Source of the DNA: Phoronis australis
Taxonomy: Eukaryota; Animalia; Phoronida
NCBI GenBank assembly: GCA_002633005.1
Contig: NMRA01000325.1
Location: forward strand, 289,290-353,289
Direction of reading: 5' to 3'
DNA length: 64,000 nucleotides
Part shown: positions 21,501-35,200 of the stretch, piece by piece
Layout: the number at the start of each line of letters is the position of its first letter
Position numbering within the stretch: the stretch's first letter is position 1
Made by a program: the position numbers and the translations under genes
Notes under the pieces: generated by a model
Told to the model about the DNA's origin: nothing
What the model saw: the letters and a program-made list of their open reading frames with translations, nothing else
Database searches by the model: none

Positions 21501-24500
21501 TATATTCAATAGACATATTGTGTGATTTCATGTTTGAGAAGTAATTGATTCTAGAAAACTAGATGTCTTTTTTAACTTTAATTTCTTTAGCAGTAGTGGC
21601 TCTCGATGCCGGCTCTAAGGAATGTTTAAAAATCCCGCAACCCCCATTAGGCTCAAATCACGCACCCCCTGTTAGGCCCAAATCATGCTCCCCCCATTAG
21701 GCACAAATCACACACCCCCCATTAGGCCCAAACTTCCCTTCCAATGATAAAAATGGTCCTTCAATTTTAGAATCTCTTTGAAGTCACAAAGAGCTCAGCT
21801 TCAGGTTTTTTAATTGGGACTAAGTAGTGACCGGTGAGTAGTGACCGTTGAGGATGCAGCTCTCTAAATTAGAAAAAATTAAAAATTCCCCTCAGGAGGC
21901 GTATGCATCTTTTCCACAAGCGCCCTAACAGTATCCTTAATTCTAATCATTGCCTTGTCCTTGTCACCAGACAAAGACATGTGTGCTACTCGTGAGAGAC
22001 AGGAGATTGAAATGAACGCTCTCCGTCAGACGTTGGAGGAACAACGCAAAAACAAAGAAGTTTTGGAGACAGCGCTAATGAGAGCTCAGAAGAATGTTGC
22101 GGGACTGGAAGAAGAGGTAAAAAATGAAACAAATGGAAATATTTTTTTAATTTATAATGATTTAATACAATTATTTCTTTTCATTAAGTAATGTAATCTT
22201 TCCATGTTTCGTGTGTCTAAATAAAACACTGGTTCACCATTTAAGCACACTAAGTGCTTAAAAAATCAAAGCCCCAAAGTAATCAAAGCGTCCAATTATG
22301 GGCACTCCCAGTAGACTGTTGTGCTTTTATAATACCTTATTTGCCATTCGGGTTGGGTATTGATATACGTTGCCTATGTTTATGAGTTAATTTTTTGCAG
22401 TGTCGCAAGAAGCAAATTTATGCTGACCGGGTTGATCAATTACAAGAGGCATTGCAAGCCCTGCAAGCTGCTGGAGAAAAACGCGATGGATTGGAGAAAC
22501 AGTTGCGAGGAAAACTAGAGCGAGAAATTGAGATTTTGCGAGCACAAATGGTTAGTGTCACATTGTTTTATGAATTAAGGATTTTAATCATTACAAAGAT
22601 CTAAAAAGTATTTTGTTATGAACTCCAGTACATAAAACAAAAACAAAGGGCGACTATTAAAAGATTGTGTATTTTTGGCCAGTTTCTTTCCACAAAACTG
22701 TCACAGTGGAAATCATCTTACAAAAAAAAATGGTTTTGCATTGCATGTTTATTTTTATGAGGTGCATTGCGTTGGCAAAAAATATGGAGAATAGATTCAC
22801 TCTGACATGGTGACATTCTGGGGCAAAACTTGCTTGCCAAAAAATTCTGTGACATTTTGCAATTTTTGACAAAATGTGAGAAATTAGATGAACCAAGTAG
22901 GCTGTTAGTGTTTTGTGTCATTCGCAATTATGTTTTGGTGCAGCAAGTGGTGGTACCTTTTTTCACAAATTGTGAAATGGTGGAATTCATCATTATTACT
23001 GACTAACGTGTAACAAAAGCAAAGTTGATGCTAAAAGCAACAAAAACTTGAGTCTTCTGTGTGACATTTTAAAAATTTTGAAACCTTACTAATTGTAACT
23101 TGCCATTCTCTGAAAAAGAAACTCATTATTTTTCACTTGCACTCAGAATCCAACTGTCATACCTGTTGACTCTTGAAATGCTCTGTCTTCAGTTGAACAC
23201 TTTTAGTAACTTTAATTATAGCCAACCTGGTTTTGTTATGCGCCCACATACTTAAGTGTGGACGCATTATGCCGTCATCTCCGTCCGTCCGGCATCCATC
23301 CGCCCGGCGTCGGGTGTCCTCTGCTCTATCTCCAAAACCCTTTGGCATATGTTCATGAAATTTGGCACATATGTTCCATTCATGAATGGGACGGCATGAG
23401 CGAACTTTCGGAGGGATTCGACTACCGGTGTGCCCCCTAGTGGCAATTATATTTTTTTACGCTTACCTTTGTATCTTCAAAAGTTTTTTAACGGATTTTC
23501 ATGAAATTTGGTATGTAGGCACCTATTAGTGAGATGGTGCTATCTCTCCATTTTCAGATGAATTCGACCTAGTTTGCGCCAGCTAGTGGCCATTTTTACT
23601 GTTTTCGAGTTTTTTGGCGTCCACTAATCTATCAACCAAACCGTTTTCAGGATAATTGTGAAAATTGGCATGTATGTTTTTACTATGAAATGGACAGCTG
23701 ACGATGATTTTCTGACGACTTCGACTACTGGGGCGCCTCTTAGTGGCAGATTTTTTTGCGCTCATGGCTGTGTCTCCTAAACTGTTTGCAGGATCTTTAC
23801 TTAATTTAGCAAGTGTATTTATATGATGTTGACTACGGTGGACGACGACTTTCGGACAGATCTGACTACTGCTGTGCCCCCTAGTGGCAATCCTGAACAG
23901 ATTTTCATAAAATTTTAAATATAGGCATCTATTGGTGTGATGATGCTATCTTCCTGTTTTTGGATGGAATCGAGGTATTTTGCAGCACCTAGTGGCCATT
24001 TTTGGTGTTTTCAAAGCTTGTTTTTGGCGTCCACCCCTGTATCAACCAAATCATTTGAAAATTGGCATATATGTTCTCAGTGTGTAGACGACCTTTGATG
24101 ATGGTGACAGACTACTGTGGCGCCTCCTAGTGGTAGTTTTGTTTTGCGCTCATAGTTCTATCTCCTAAACCCACTGCAAGATCTTTATTAAATTTACTTA
24201 TTGTATTTAAATGATGATAAAAACAGACGACGACAACTTTCAGGCGGATCCACTGGACACTGTGCCCACTAGTGGCAATTTCATTTTATTCTGTTTTCCT
24301 TTGTTTCTCTGAAGTTCCTTGACTGATTTTTAAGTAATATTGCATGTTCCTGTTTTTGGATGAATTGTATGTTTTTGCGCCATCTAGTGGCCATTTTTAT
24401 GATAATAAATAACCCTAAAAGCACACCATTTGCAATGCATTCGTGGGCGCATTTCAATGCTCCGCATTGCTCTTGTTTCTTTTGTAATTGATATAATGTG

Positions 24501-26966
24501 TAATTCACTTTGTAATAGATATAATGTGTAACTCACTTTGTAATAGATATAATGTGTAATTCACTTTGTAATAGATGTAATGTGTAATTCACTTTGTTTA
24601 CAGTCTGGAAAAGATGTGCAACATGGGGATGAAGCTGAACAAACTGTTCCTACCTTGAAAAGAGCTCTCCGTGAAAAGGAGGAGAAAATTCTTGAATTAG
24701 AGTCTGAGATTGCCAAGTGGGAACAAAAATATCTGGAAGAAACAGCCATGCGGCAGCTTGCAATTGATGCTGTCTCCACTCCAAAGTATGGGTTTGATAA
24801 TGGTTGTATGTTATGTTTAGTCTGGATAATGAGCTAAAATTTGTCCTTGCTCTCATATTTCTAGGATTTCACATCTGTGGAATAAAATTTGAAAAGTGGC
24901 AAGGTTTTAGACCAAAAATTTCCAAATGGGTAATATTATTGTTTGTCAAATGTCGTTCTGTGTTTCTGTCCTAGCATTGCAAAGCTGGCCGAATTTTGAC
25001 GAAATTTGCCAACATTTTTTCAAAAAAACTGCTTTTGTTTTATGCGAGGAAGAGAGACAAAGTTTTATAGCGATGAAGGCAAACATCATAGCCAATTAGT
25101 ACTCACCAGGAAACAGTTTATGTTGTTGAAAATGAGAATATCTGGTGTAGCATATGCTAAGGGTAGTGTAATTAAGCTTATACTCTTGATATTCTATTGT
25201 ATCGTAGCTCCACTGCACTTATTCTTACCTCCTTTTGTAGAGAGGCTCGTATTGCTGCTCTGGAGCAAAGTTCAATGGAGTCTGAGAAGTTGATAGCCGA
25301 GGCAAGAATGGAGAAACTAAAACAGATGGAGGAGGTGTACACAGCCAATAGGAGGTGTGCAGAACTGGAGGGAAGGTAGGTGCTGACATCTGATGGGATT
25401 TGGAAGAACTTTTCTATGATTTTGGCTGTTGAACAGTTGGGGAGTCTTGTTACACACTAGAACAAGAATAGTTGGGGATTTGGTCTGTGTTCTTAAAGAT
25501 TTTGTGCTAATATTGCCAAAATTAAAATTTGTTGATAAAATTGTGAAGTAGTAGGTTTATTGGTAGACTGTTGTTAGGATGCGTATTTCTGTGATAATTG
25601 TGGGTCCCATGACAAGTACTGTGGTGTCTTGATAATTCATTCTTACAACGAAGGTAATACTTCAGTTGTCATAGACTTATGACCAATTATAATCTGCCCC
25701 TTGGGATGGGTGCTTTTCAACAGGTTCATTGGCGGTCACGTAACAGCACCTTCTCGTTGCCCAAAATATATGCTTTAACTTTTAGCCAAGGTAAAATCAC
25801 TTTCTAAAAAGCGTCAGGTTGACCTGGTTTTAGAATTAGGTCAACCTGACGTCAGAAATCCGGTTAGTGAACAAGGCCCTTAGAGAGAGGGTTGAAACGT
25901 CACCAGACTCACAATGCTTTTTAGTAAGTGATTTTACCTTTGAACAATCATATTGAAAAGCAGTGAAAAAACCTATTCCATGGCAACTTTTTTCTCGCGC
26001 CTTGAATTGTGGTCTCGCTCAAGTTCATGTGTTAATAAGCCACGCCCTTGTAACAAAAATGTTACAGAATCAAGTGAGTTTACCTGTCGAAACATGTAGA
26101 TATCAGGATGTATAGCCTTTATACAGGGAACCGGCTCATCGGTAGCTTTGCACACTTTCAAATTGTATAATTTGCACCTGTCCAGAAAACATGAAACTGG
26201 GTGTGTGGATTCATGTGTAAATCTTTCTCGTTTCTTGCAGGTTGAAATCTCTGCAGGCACAGCTGGCTGAGAAGGAAGCCATGATTCGTGTTCTCAATCG
26301 AAGTACATCAAAACTCAGTGGAAGTTCCTCGAGCCTCCTGTCTTCCCCCAGACATTCTCCTCACTCATCTATTTCGTCTGCACATGCCAACAGTCAACCA
26401 ACCAGCCGACAGAACAGCAATGTAGACACAACGACTGACTTTCGAGACGTGCGTCAGATTGTGCATAGTCGATCAGCCAGTGCTGGTGAAGCCCATAAAC
26501 GTTCTGCAAGCGTTGATGGAACAGAAAGGACAAAGGAGTCTGTACCCAAAGTGTCCATAACGGTAACTTGTTTTGCTTTGTCTCAAGTTCCTCTTGAAAC
26601 TGTTGACTTTTTGTATCTTTTAATTGTCTTTCCAGTGTCTGCTGGAAATTGCCTTTTTGAGAGGAGAAACTGATGTGGGTGTGTTGTTGAAAATAATGTT
26701 TTTTGTTGTTTTTCAGTTTTTGAGTTTTAACCAACAATACTGTGGAGTAGAATTTTATGCAAAATTTGCTGAGAAAAAGTCGTGGTTATATTCTCTATAA
26801 TATTGGTATAGGATTAAAGTAAAGATGTGAATAAATTCACGATGTGATTATTTTTTTAGCTCTTTCAACTTGTTACGTAATTACAGAATTGTTTGATTTA
26901 TAGAAACCAGAAGAAGACAAAGTAAAGACAACAGGTCGTGTGTCTAGTCATTTTTGGCAAGTGTGA
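18580..26966 (+). CDS. AMOT: Angiomotin-family protein (Motin), ~698 aa
   Basis: Exons 18580-18643, 19024-19675, 19978-20113, 20481-20625, 20836-20937, 21971-22116, 22401-22550, 24604-24785, 25241-25375, 26241-26562, 26904-26966; all phases are consistent. Contains PPPY and PPEY WW-binding motifs, the RQEPQG tankyrase motif, the coiled coil [17 protein letters not shown], Angiomotin_C-type KWEQKYLEE and [11 protein letters not shown], and a hydrophobic C-terminus FWQV. Confidence 0.93.
20117..20250. repeat. ~65-bp direct tandem duplication just after an AMOT donor site
   Basis: TGATTTGAGAGTATATTAAACAGTTAATGTGGACATATCACTAGC...TAGTTTCAA occurs twice. Confidence 0.85.
21641..21730. repeat. ~25-bp minisatellite, about 4 copies
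   Basis: Units resemble CCCCCATTAGGCNCAAATCACRCAC. Confidence 0.75.
23236..24477 (+). mobile_element. Second copy of the HINE-like element, in an AMOT intron
   Basis: Same 5' hairpin (ATGCGCCCAC...GTGGACGCAT), CCGT repeats, ~150-bp CTAGTGG monomers, GTGGGCGCAT at 24443 and 3' hairpin CAATGC-TCC-GCATTG-CTCTTGTT. Confidence 0.85.
24482..24597. repeat. 28-bp tandem repeat, 4 copies, abutting an AMOT splice acceptor
   Basis: Units TTGTAATAGATATAATGTGTAATTCACT, ending in TTGTTTACAG (acceptor ends at 24603). Confidence 0.9.
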
Positions 26967-28654
26967 CCCATTGTTTGCCATGGGAGGGTATTCAAATTGT
27001 TTGCCATGGGAGGGTATTCAAACGCAATATTTTCTCCAGCTTGGTGCTAAGTCTCGGAATAGTTTAGTTTGTCATTTATCGAGATTTTTTGTTGGTCATG
27101 CTGCCTGATCTGGCTACTCATAGAGAATACATTATTTTGCCATATGCTGTGATCATGGAGTTCTGCGTTCAGATACAATCACAAGTTTGTAGAATGTTTA
27201 TTGCAAGCATTGTTCATAGCTCACTGAATGTCAGCCCTTGGTGTGTTTACTTCACCCATAACAAATGTGGTTAAATTGCTGTTGGTTTCACTATTGACAG
27301 CCTGTTCTGGGAGTATTAGACTGAGTGAAAAATTACGTTTCTTTGTCATTTTAATGGTGAAGAAGGCTAGACATGCATAGCGGTCTGTGTCTTTTGGGGT
27401 CCAATTAAAGGTCTTGTTGACGACTTATTTAATATAACTGTGAAATGATTTTGATTTTCTTTTTTGATGAGGAAAGCAGGTCTTGGTATAAACTGGTTAC
27501 CACCTTTTATTTCATTTGGCATTAACCTCAGCAATTTTAATCAAAGTCCATTTTCCATGTTTTCATTGTAGCATAACATGAATGAGATGGGAAATAATTT
27601 TGTTCATGTCTCACATGATTGGCTTGGTACGCTCCACTGACTGTGACAACACATTTTGGAAATTCAAAACACACGCATACTAATCAGTTATTTAAGCCAC
27701 TCCGTTTTAGAGGCACATCAGAAAATTCTTGTGCTCGTGTCAAAAATCTAGCTATGCCTCTGGCTGATCAAGAGACTGACAAGCATCTTTTAACGGCTTG
27801 TTTTTATAAGGGATTGAACAGTTTAGTTTGGCTTATAATTCTCGTTATCGGTCGTCATGTTTGTAAATAGCAACTTGGGTAATTTTCTGTGTAATTTGGT
27901 CTTTGCGGAATGGCACTAAGAACATACTATCTTCAGAATTTGTAATTCACAAAAAAGTTGTCTATGAACTGTTGCCAGTTTCGTAAAGTTGCTCATGTCT
28001 GGACTGTAAAGGCTGCCTAGTTGGTGAATTCTGTGTATCGTTGTGGAAGCCAAGCATTGAACTAGTGCTTCGAGTGTGCTTTGTCTCATTAATGCCAAGG
28101 TATTTGTAAACCTTTAGTCTTGTTTGTAGAATTGAAAACCATGAGATTATTGAAGAATAAGGTTTAATGTTCAGGGGCGCTGTTTCAGGTTTATAGGCTC
28201 AGTAGTAGCTATGTGTGTCAGATCTTAGAATTTTACAGACATACATTTCAAAAGTAGTGTATAATGGTGGTCATTTAGTCTGAATACAAAGTATGGTCGA
28301 ATAGGGATTAATTGGAATATTTTGCTGCTTTAAAACACCTGTTGCATTCATAATCGTCCTCTTAGCTACAATTGTGCATACAACTTGATACAATGTGCCC
28401 CTGTTCAGTAAGTGTTCTGTCAACTGCTTCAAAACTTGAGATCATGTGACTTGTGTGTGAATGGAGACTGGTGTTTAATCTTCCAGCCCAGTTGATAGAT
28501 GATGGACCTTAAAGTTTGCTCTGTTATTACCTTGTATAATAGGTTTGACAGAAGTCTAAGTCTCAACTATGCAATAGATGTTTTCATATGCAATCTGTTA
28601 TTGGTGCTATATTGTGTATTGTTTATTAAGTATCTTTATACTTATGCTGCTGTG

Positions 28655-28660
28655 AATAAA
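28655..28660 (+). terminator. Putative AMOT polyadenylation signal
   Basis: AATAAA about 1.7 kb after the stop, followed by a T-rich tract. Confidence 0.45.
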
Positions 28661-29279
28661 AAACAAAAATTAAGTGATGTTTTTAGTTTTTCTTACAAGT
28701 GAGTGTTATAAAAAGCAGCTATGAGGTTTGAATTTTTACAGTTACAAGTATGTAATTTATTTACAAAAATACAACTAGGAACGTGCCAAAAATCCTGTAA
28801 ATGATACATTTCTAGTACAAGATGGTAAACTGATCAGAAAAATATACATTCTTTGGGACAACTAATCTGCTGATCAAATTTTAACATGGTGCTTGGAAAT
28901 TTGAAGTAGTATTACAATACGTGGTGTAAACTGACTGACCCATTCGTGTGCATTAAACATTGTCACAATGTGTTGGAATAGTTACAATAAGTCCTTTTTA
29001 TCAGAATAACCCGTCTCATCTTGCTCAGAATCGGAAAATTGTGTTCATACAAACATATAGAAACAAAAGTTCAATGGACGCATTAACTCGCTTGAAAAAC
29101 TTAATCGAAATGAAAAATAATCATAAGTGATGCAAAAGTTCAACAGTAAAAATATCTTGATTTACAATAAATTATACACAGGCCTGCAGATGGTTTGAGG
29201 GCCCACAACCTCATCTACGGTGTTATAGCGACACCTTCAACATTGCTGAACTCATAGCCATACTTCATACCAGAGATGG

Positions 29280-32200
29280 TCACGATGATCCTGCAAAAGC
29301 AAAATTAACGTGAAATGAATAACATTAATTTGTTAACAACAATATCAGGAAATAGGTCAGTATTAGATAATATGAACATCACCATACATCCAGGCCAACC
29401 CACCCAATGCGTAAGTTAGTCATCAAAACATCTAAAAACTCATTGAAACATTTCACCAGATATTACGGAGGTGAGACAACACAGCTGCTCAGATGGCATA
29501 TGTCTCATTAACACGGGGCCAATGCCAGTGGTCTGAACAAGGCATTGGACATATTAGTCACATGCCACACTGATTTGATACATTGGATATGAGTGTTAGG
29601 CAGATAGACTTCTTGGCTTGAGTGAAGAGTCAGAAATTTTGTGTAGATGAAAACCAAGACACCCTTCTTGAATATAGACACAAAGTTTCTGTACATAAAG
29701 TCAAACATGTACTCAGCACCAACAAAGCAACCCACAACAGTGCTAGGCACATAGCTAGTGTGGCCTACCATTTGGTATTAAAGTGTTCCATTGCATACCC
29801 AAACTTCTTCATAGGCCAAAGACTGATTTTTTAACATTTCAAGTAAAACTAGAAATTCAGCTTTGATATACTCCTTTACTGAACCAGGCTCCCCTCAGAC
29901 ACGACCAAAACAAACAAGGTTGGGAAATGTGGTGACGTCCCCCACTTTACGGCGAGTAGAACTGCCAGGGAGTACTTTGTTTGGCTGTTGGTACAAAGTT
30001 GAACTAAATCTCCGTTCATGATGCCAGCCTAACATTAAAGGAACAACATGGAGTCCAAACAAAAAGTCATTCTGGGAGAAACCTGAAAACATTTCTGACA
30101 AGGGAAGCAAGTTCAAAAAAGCTGATTACTCAATTTTTTTCACTCCTTAGGGAAACCATGCATATTAAAGATATATTCAATAATTGGGTTCCTTTCATTT
30201 TCAACCACACTACACTACTCGAAGAAAAAAAGATGAAAGTCAACGACGTGGGAAATACAACACTAAGACCAAACTGAAACTATAGGACCACTAAAAGCGA
30301 ACAATGCAAAGGAAGTGTCCACACTATTCCAGGGAGACATGCTGTGTTTTTGTGGAGAACCTAAGTCACGGTGTCCATGAGTACGGTACTGTATGTTAAA
30401 CTGTGGCAGAGTTTAGTCTGATCTACATTTGATTTGAGAGAGTCCATGTATTGTTCACAGATAGCATATCTAATGCAATCTCCTTTAGGAAGACCATTTC
30501 TGGATTCAGTGTTTTGTGCTCTGCTTGCAAGCAGTGCCATGACGTGACTTAGTGAAATGTATAACAGCAGAAATACAATGACAGTGTAGAAAGAATAACC
30601 TCCATTTTGTTGAAAACACTATCCTTGGTGCCCAAATATGATGTACTTTGATGCCAAATATGTCTATTTGAAAAGGAGTGACACACAAACGAAAATAAAC
30701 ATAACTGAACAAAATCTCAGGTACAACACCAAACACCAAATGCATTACCCTTCACACTTTCAGGCCACTATCAACATCCAAGGTCAACTCCTGCGCTTTG
30801 ACATTTGCAGCTTTGATTGAATATAATACAAAGCAGTTTACAGGAATGAAATTAACAAGATTTAAAATACACAATTAATGACTTTATCCTGTGCTACAGT
30901 CATTGCACCATCAACACAAATATAAAGTTGTTGGATTAAATTTGAGTTGCATGTGCATCGTGCATTGATACACTTACAAGTGTAATCCTACTAGCATTTA
31001 GTTTTATTTATACATCCATGACATTACAAATAAGACTGTGATATCACATCCTAACAATACAAATTGCCAAAGTAAAGGTTTTGATAAGTTAAAACTAGGT
31101 AAGAACTGACTGTAACAAACAATCACCTTTTTCAGGAAGTGGTTTGCCGACATCATCACTGCGCGTGCTCTTCCACTCAATCATTCGCTCCAAACATGGC
31201 CGATTGCTCTGGTTGACATGAGCTGATACATTTTGGTTCATGTTGTGTGCCATGGCGATGCCAAAGAAGACTCTTGAGGTCGCCACTGCCTTCTGGTCAT
31301 TGAGGGCACGTGAGAGATTGTATGCTTTGTTGAAATAATCTGTGGCTTGCTCGTATTTGCCCTGGGAGTAAAAATTAGAATATGAGAAAAAAATCAGATT
31401 TGAGGTCATATGAGCATGGTGATGAGCTGAGAAGAAATTCCAAGTTTTGCCAATGGCTCACTTTCTGCAATGAAAAATGGTGTTTGGGACCACATCATAT
31501 ATTTACCTTTGACTCATGGGAAGTTAAAGTAAAAGTTCATATGAGCATGTAGCACAGAATCAATGCCCTTTATACTCAATACTTGGCCATGGCAAAACTC
31601 AGAAAGCGACTAATATACATTACAAAACCTTTTTTTTTAGTCTGTACAAGTGATAACACAAATAGAACAGCATGAAAAATGTGAAGGAGGACATGATTTG
31701 AAGTGTTTCAGAAGTCAAAATGCTAAACTTTACTGACAATTACCAATAAAAAGTGAAATAGAATAAATAACAAGACCTATTCATTGGATGGCATGTCACA
31801 TTTACCAAAAAATAGTGTTATTTACAAGTGGGGTGTTCATTAACAATGATCTATCACAGCAGTGTAGCAGTTCCAAAACTGGGCGAAACTTTTGAAACAC
31901 CCTGTATTTTTCTCAACAGTTCATTGATGAAAGTATGAAACACCTTATCCATATAAGTCCAGAGTAAGAGCTCACCCATGATTACACATAAGTCACCATC
32001 TGGACAAGTTGTCATGAATCTTAAGAGAGACTTCGTGCATTAATCTACACCAACCACTACAAACCTGTGAATTGTAGGCAGCCCCAAGTGCACTGCAAGC
32101 TTTACTGTAAGCTGACTCGTCCTTGCTTCTCTCGGCCACCTGAACAAACAGCTTGAGATACCGTATGCTCTCGTCTGTCTTGCCCTGACGTGCGTACGCT

Positions 32201-35200
32201 CGTGCAATTGCCTCGCACGCCTTGCCAATACCTTCATCATTACCTGCTTCCTTGGCACTCTCAAGGTAACCATTTAAATACTGAAAGAAAGTTATTCTAA
32301 TTTAAGGGGAAAGTTCAAAAGTGTGGTGAATTTTCTTTAATTTACAACACAATACCATGAAATACTGACACCGTATTTTATAAAAAATTTTCAATGAAAA
32401 TAAAAACTTTAAATTATTATTAGCACACTTTATATTGTACAGATGTCAACAACAAACAGGACAAAGTTTTGGTCATTTTTACCATGCACTGAGCTTTTGT
32501 AAAATGGAAACATGTCAATTTTGGGAATAATTTTTGTTTGAATTTTAGGAAACTTTACAGTAACAAACCTGAAAACAGGGGCCATTTTGTAAAAATAACC
32601 ACTGAAATAAAGCAGTGTTGGAGTTGACAACCAATATTAAGCAAAATTAAAATTTACAAATATCTGTAAGAAGGATATATTCACATTCATCTAACATCAT
32701 ACAAGATCACATGTGTGTCGGCCAGATTAAAAACAAAATCACAGTCTACTATCACGAGGTCAATTTCCACAATTATTTTTATCCAAGACTGATGAGAATT
32801 TACAGTAGCCACTGTACTACCTACACAGTTTGGATAAGATACAAAATGAAACATAAGAATATTAGCAGTCTTCAAATAGGTATATGCTTTAACTTTATTT
32901 AATATAGTCAATGTCTACCTACACTGCTTAGTTCGTAAACTGTCTCTGTGCACATATTGAAGGTAATGCTTATGAATGATTTTGGTTTGTACTATTTTCA
33001 TTGCTTTTTTTGTCTGCATTGCCTGTTCAAAGAATTGTAGAGAATCTAAAGTTTATCCTGAGGATAATCTTCTGTTCTAGGTATATTTCGGGACCAGGAA
33101 CGGCCCAGATATATTTTTGGTGCTGTGCATGATTTGTGTGATGTCACATAGGCTATATAAGCATTATTTTTCTAATCTGTGTATCCCAAAATAGCTAGAC
33201 AGTAACCAATTTTTTAGCACTGCCCCAGAAATCACTTTCACATTATATTCAGGTTCTCATTCACTCCCTTGCATACACTCACTAGTAAGCCTGAGCTCAG
33301 AGGAGTACTAGGAGATACATTTGTTCTACACTCGATTGTCTGCCAATAAAGCTAGGTTTCGAACCCAGGTCTCCAAAATGGGAGCGCGGAGCTCAAGCCA
33401 CTGAGACACACACTATCTCCTCTAATCCTCATTATGTCACTCAGTAATTACAGGTGTTACAACATGATATGTGTGATATGAAATTCTTTTGCATTGTGAG
33501 GGAACATTTGAGTCTTCCGATTGACTCAATTTTCAATTCTGGTTGGCAAGATGCATCAACAGGTTGATATGGATGAAATTCACCAACCTTTTGAAACATT
33601 GGATGTGACATCCCACTGCACAGCGGTGACAATGACAGTAAAAAATTGATAGTAAATGCTAGGAAATCAAAAAACCGTCTTAAATTCCCATATATATAAT
33701 GCTGAACATCTGTCAACCAACTGCTCTACTGCCATCTTAAGACAGGGTGTATTTCATTAAGTCACTGTTATTTTTCATAAAAAATGGAGAGAGCAACTAA
33801 ATTCCCAAAATAACGGAGCCTACCAATAATGATGTCTCTGCGTCATCATTTTTCTCATATGCCAGTCCCAGTCTGTAACTGGTGTCTCCTTCCGCCATCT
33901 TGTCGCCAACTAAAAGATTTTCAACAAAATATCAGCATCATAGGAACAACATGGACTAGGTTAACTGCAAAACAATTGTCAACAGATTGTGCACAAAATG
34001 TGAAAAGCTTAACATGCAACCACCAGTTGGAAGGAAGTGTTCCAAAAGATGTTGTGAGGTTTGTGTTAAGAAAACAGATAAAAGAATTCCACTACATCTT
34101 TACGTACAGAATGACTCAGGGACAAATTTGAAAAAATCTGTAAGTCATCCAATGTGCAGTTACCAGCCACTTTGACTTGGGTGGACATTAACTCATCTAG
34201 CCTATGTGGTCCCGTCATCATTTTATTGTTATACATACTCAATCCTTCTGTACTTTGGTTCTCAATACATACCCTCTTTGGACATTTGATAGGCTTTCAA
34301 CAAGTACTCAAGATATGCCTCTTTGTCTGTGGCACACAGCTTGTTGCCAATAGTTGTGTAGACTCGCGTTAAGTGGGTCGCAGCCACTGATTTTAGGGGA
34401 CGTCCATCCTCCAGCCACTCTGACTCGCCATCTTGTGCCAGTTTATAGAACTGTTCAAGATGTTCAGTTGCATCATACAGATTACCTGCAAAGGTGAATC
34501 AATGTGAAGCGTGCGTGTGAAACAAAAAATGTGAACATGAGAAAAACTGGCCAAAATGTAAAAATGCAACGTGAAGATGCAAAGTGAAGTCGCGATGTGA
34601 CTCAACATCAGTGACAAACAATGCATGACAACAGGCAGTTGGTTGAGGGTTGATTGAAGCATTTCCAGTCCTTAAGCAGTTCAGCATGCAGGACTGAAGT
34701 GAGACAACTTACAATGATAAAAAGTGGACTTTCCAAAGGAAAAACCAAAACAAAGCAAAAAAATGCACTTAAATCCCACACAGTGCTAAGTTGGTCAAGC
34801 CGAAATTTCAAAATACAACCAGAATAAAGTGAGGAAGTGACAGTGGCCACTGAAGTAATCAATGAACCCCATTTGGCCCATGCTTTCACCAAAAAGGTTT
34901 TTAAAATATATTTAGTTAGACAGCCAGGACTTCAAACAAAACACTTGTTGAACAATTGAATATCCCATGATGAAAGAACATTACTATTCATTACTATTAA
35001 TCACTTTATGAATTTGTGAATATAGACACGAAATTTTTTACAGCCAAAGACTCACGTTATGGGGGAAACAAACATACTAATTACCTCTCAATCACTGTTG
35101 TTGATTTCACCATGATGGCGTAATCAGCAGTCGCAAATCTTGTAGACTGTAAAAACTAGTTGTTCAAAATCTGCACAGTAAAGCACCACTTACCACTTTG

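Noticed and set aside
21930-21941. GTATCCTTAAT resembling a U12 signal in an AMOT intron
   Set aside because: The intron has a U2 donor (GTAAGT), and the motif sits about 30 nt from the AG with no matching U12 partner.
33345-33412. tRNA gene
   Set aside because: A and B boxes are present but no cloverleaf; better explained as a SINE head.
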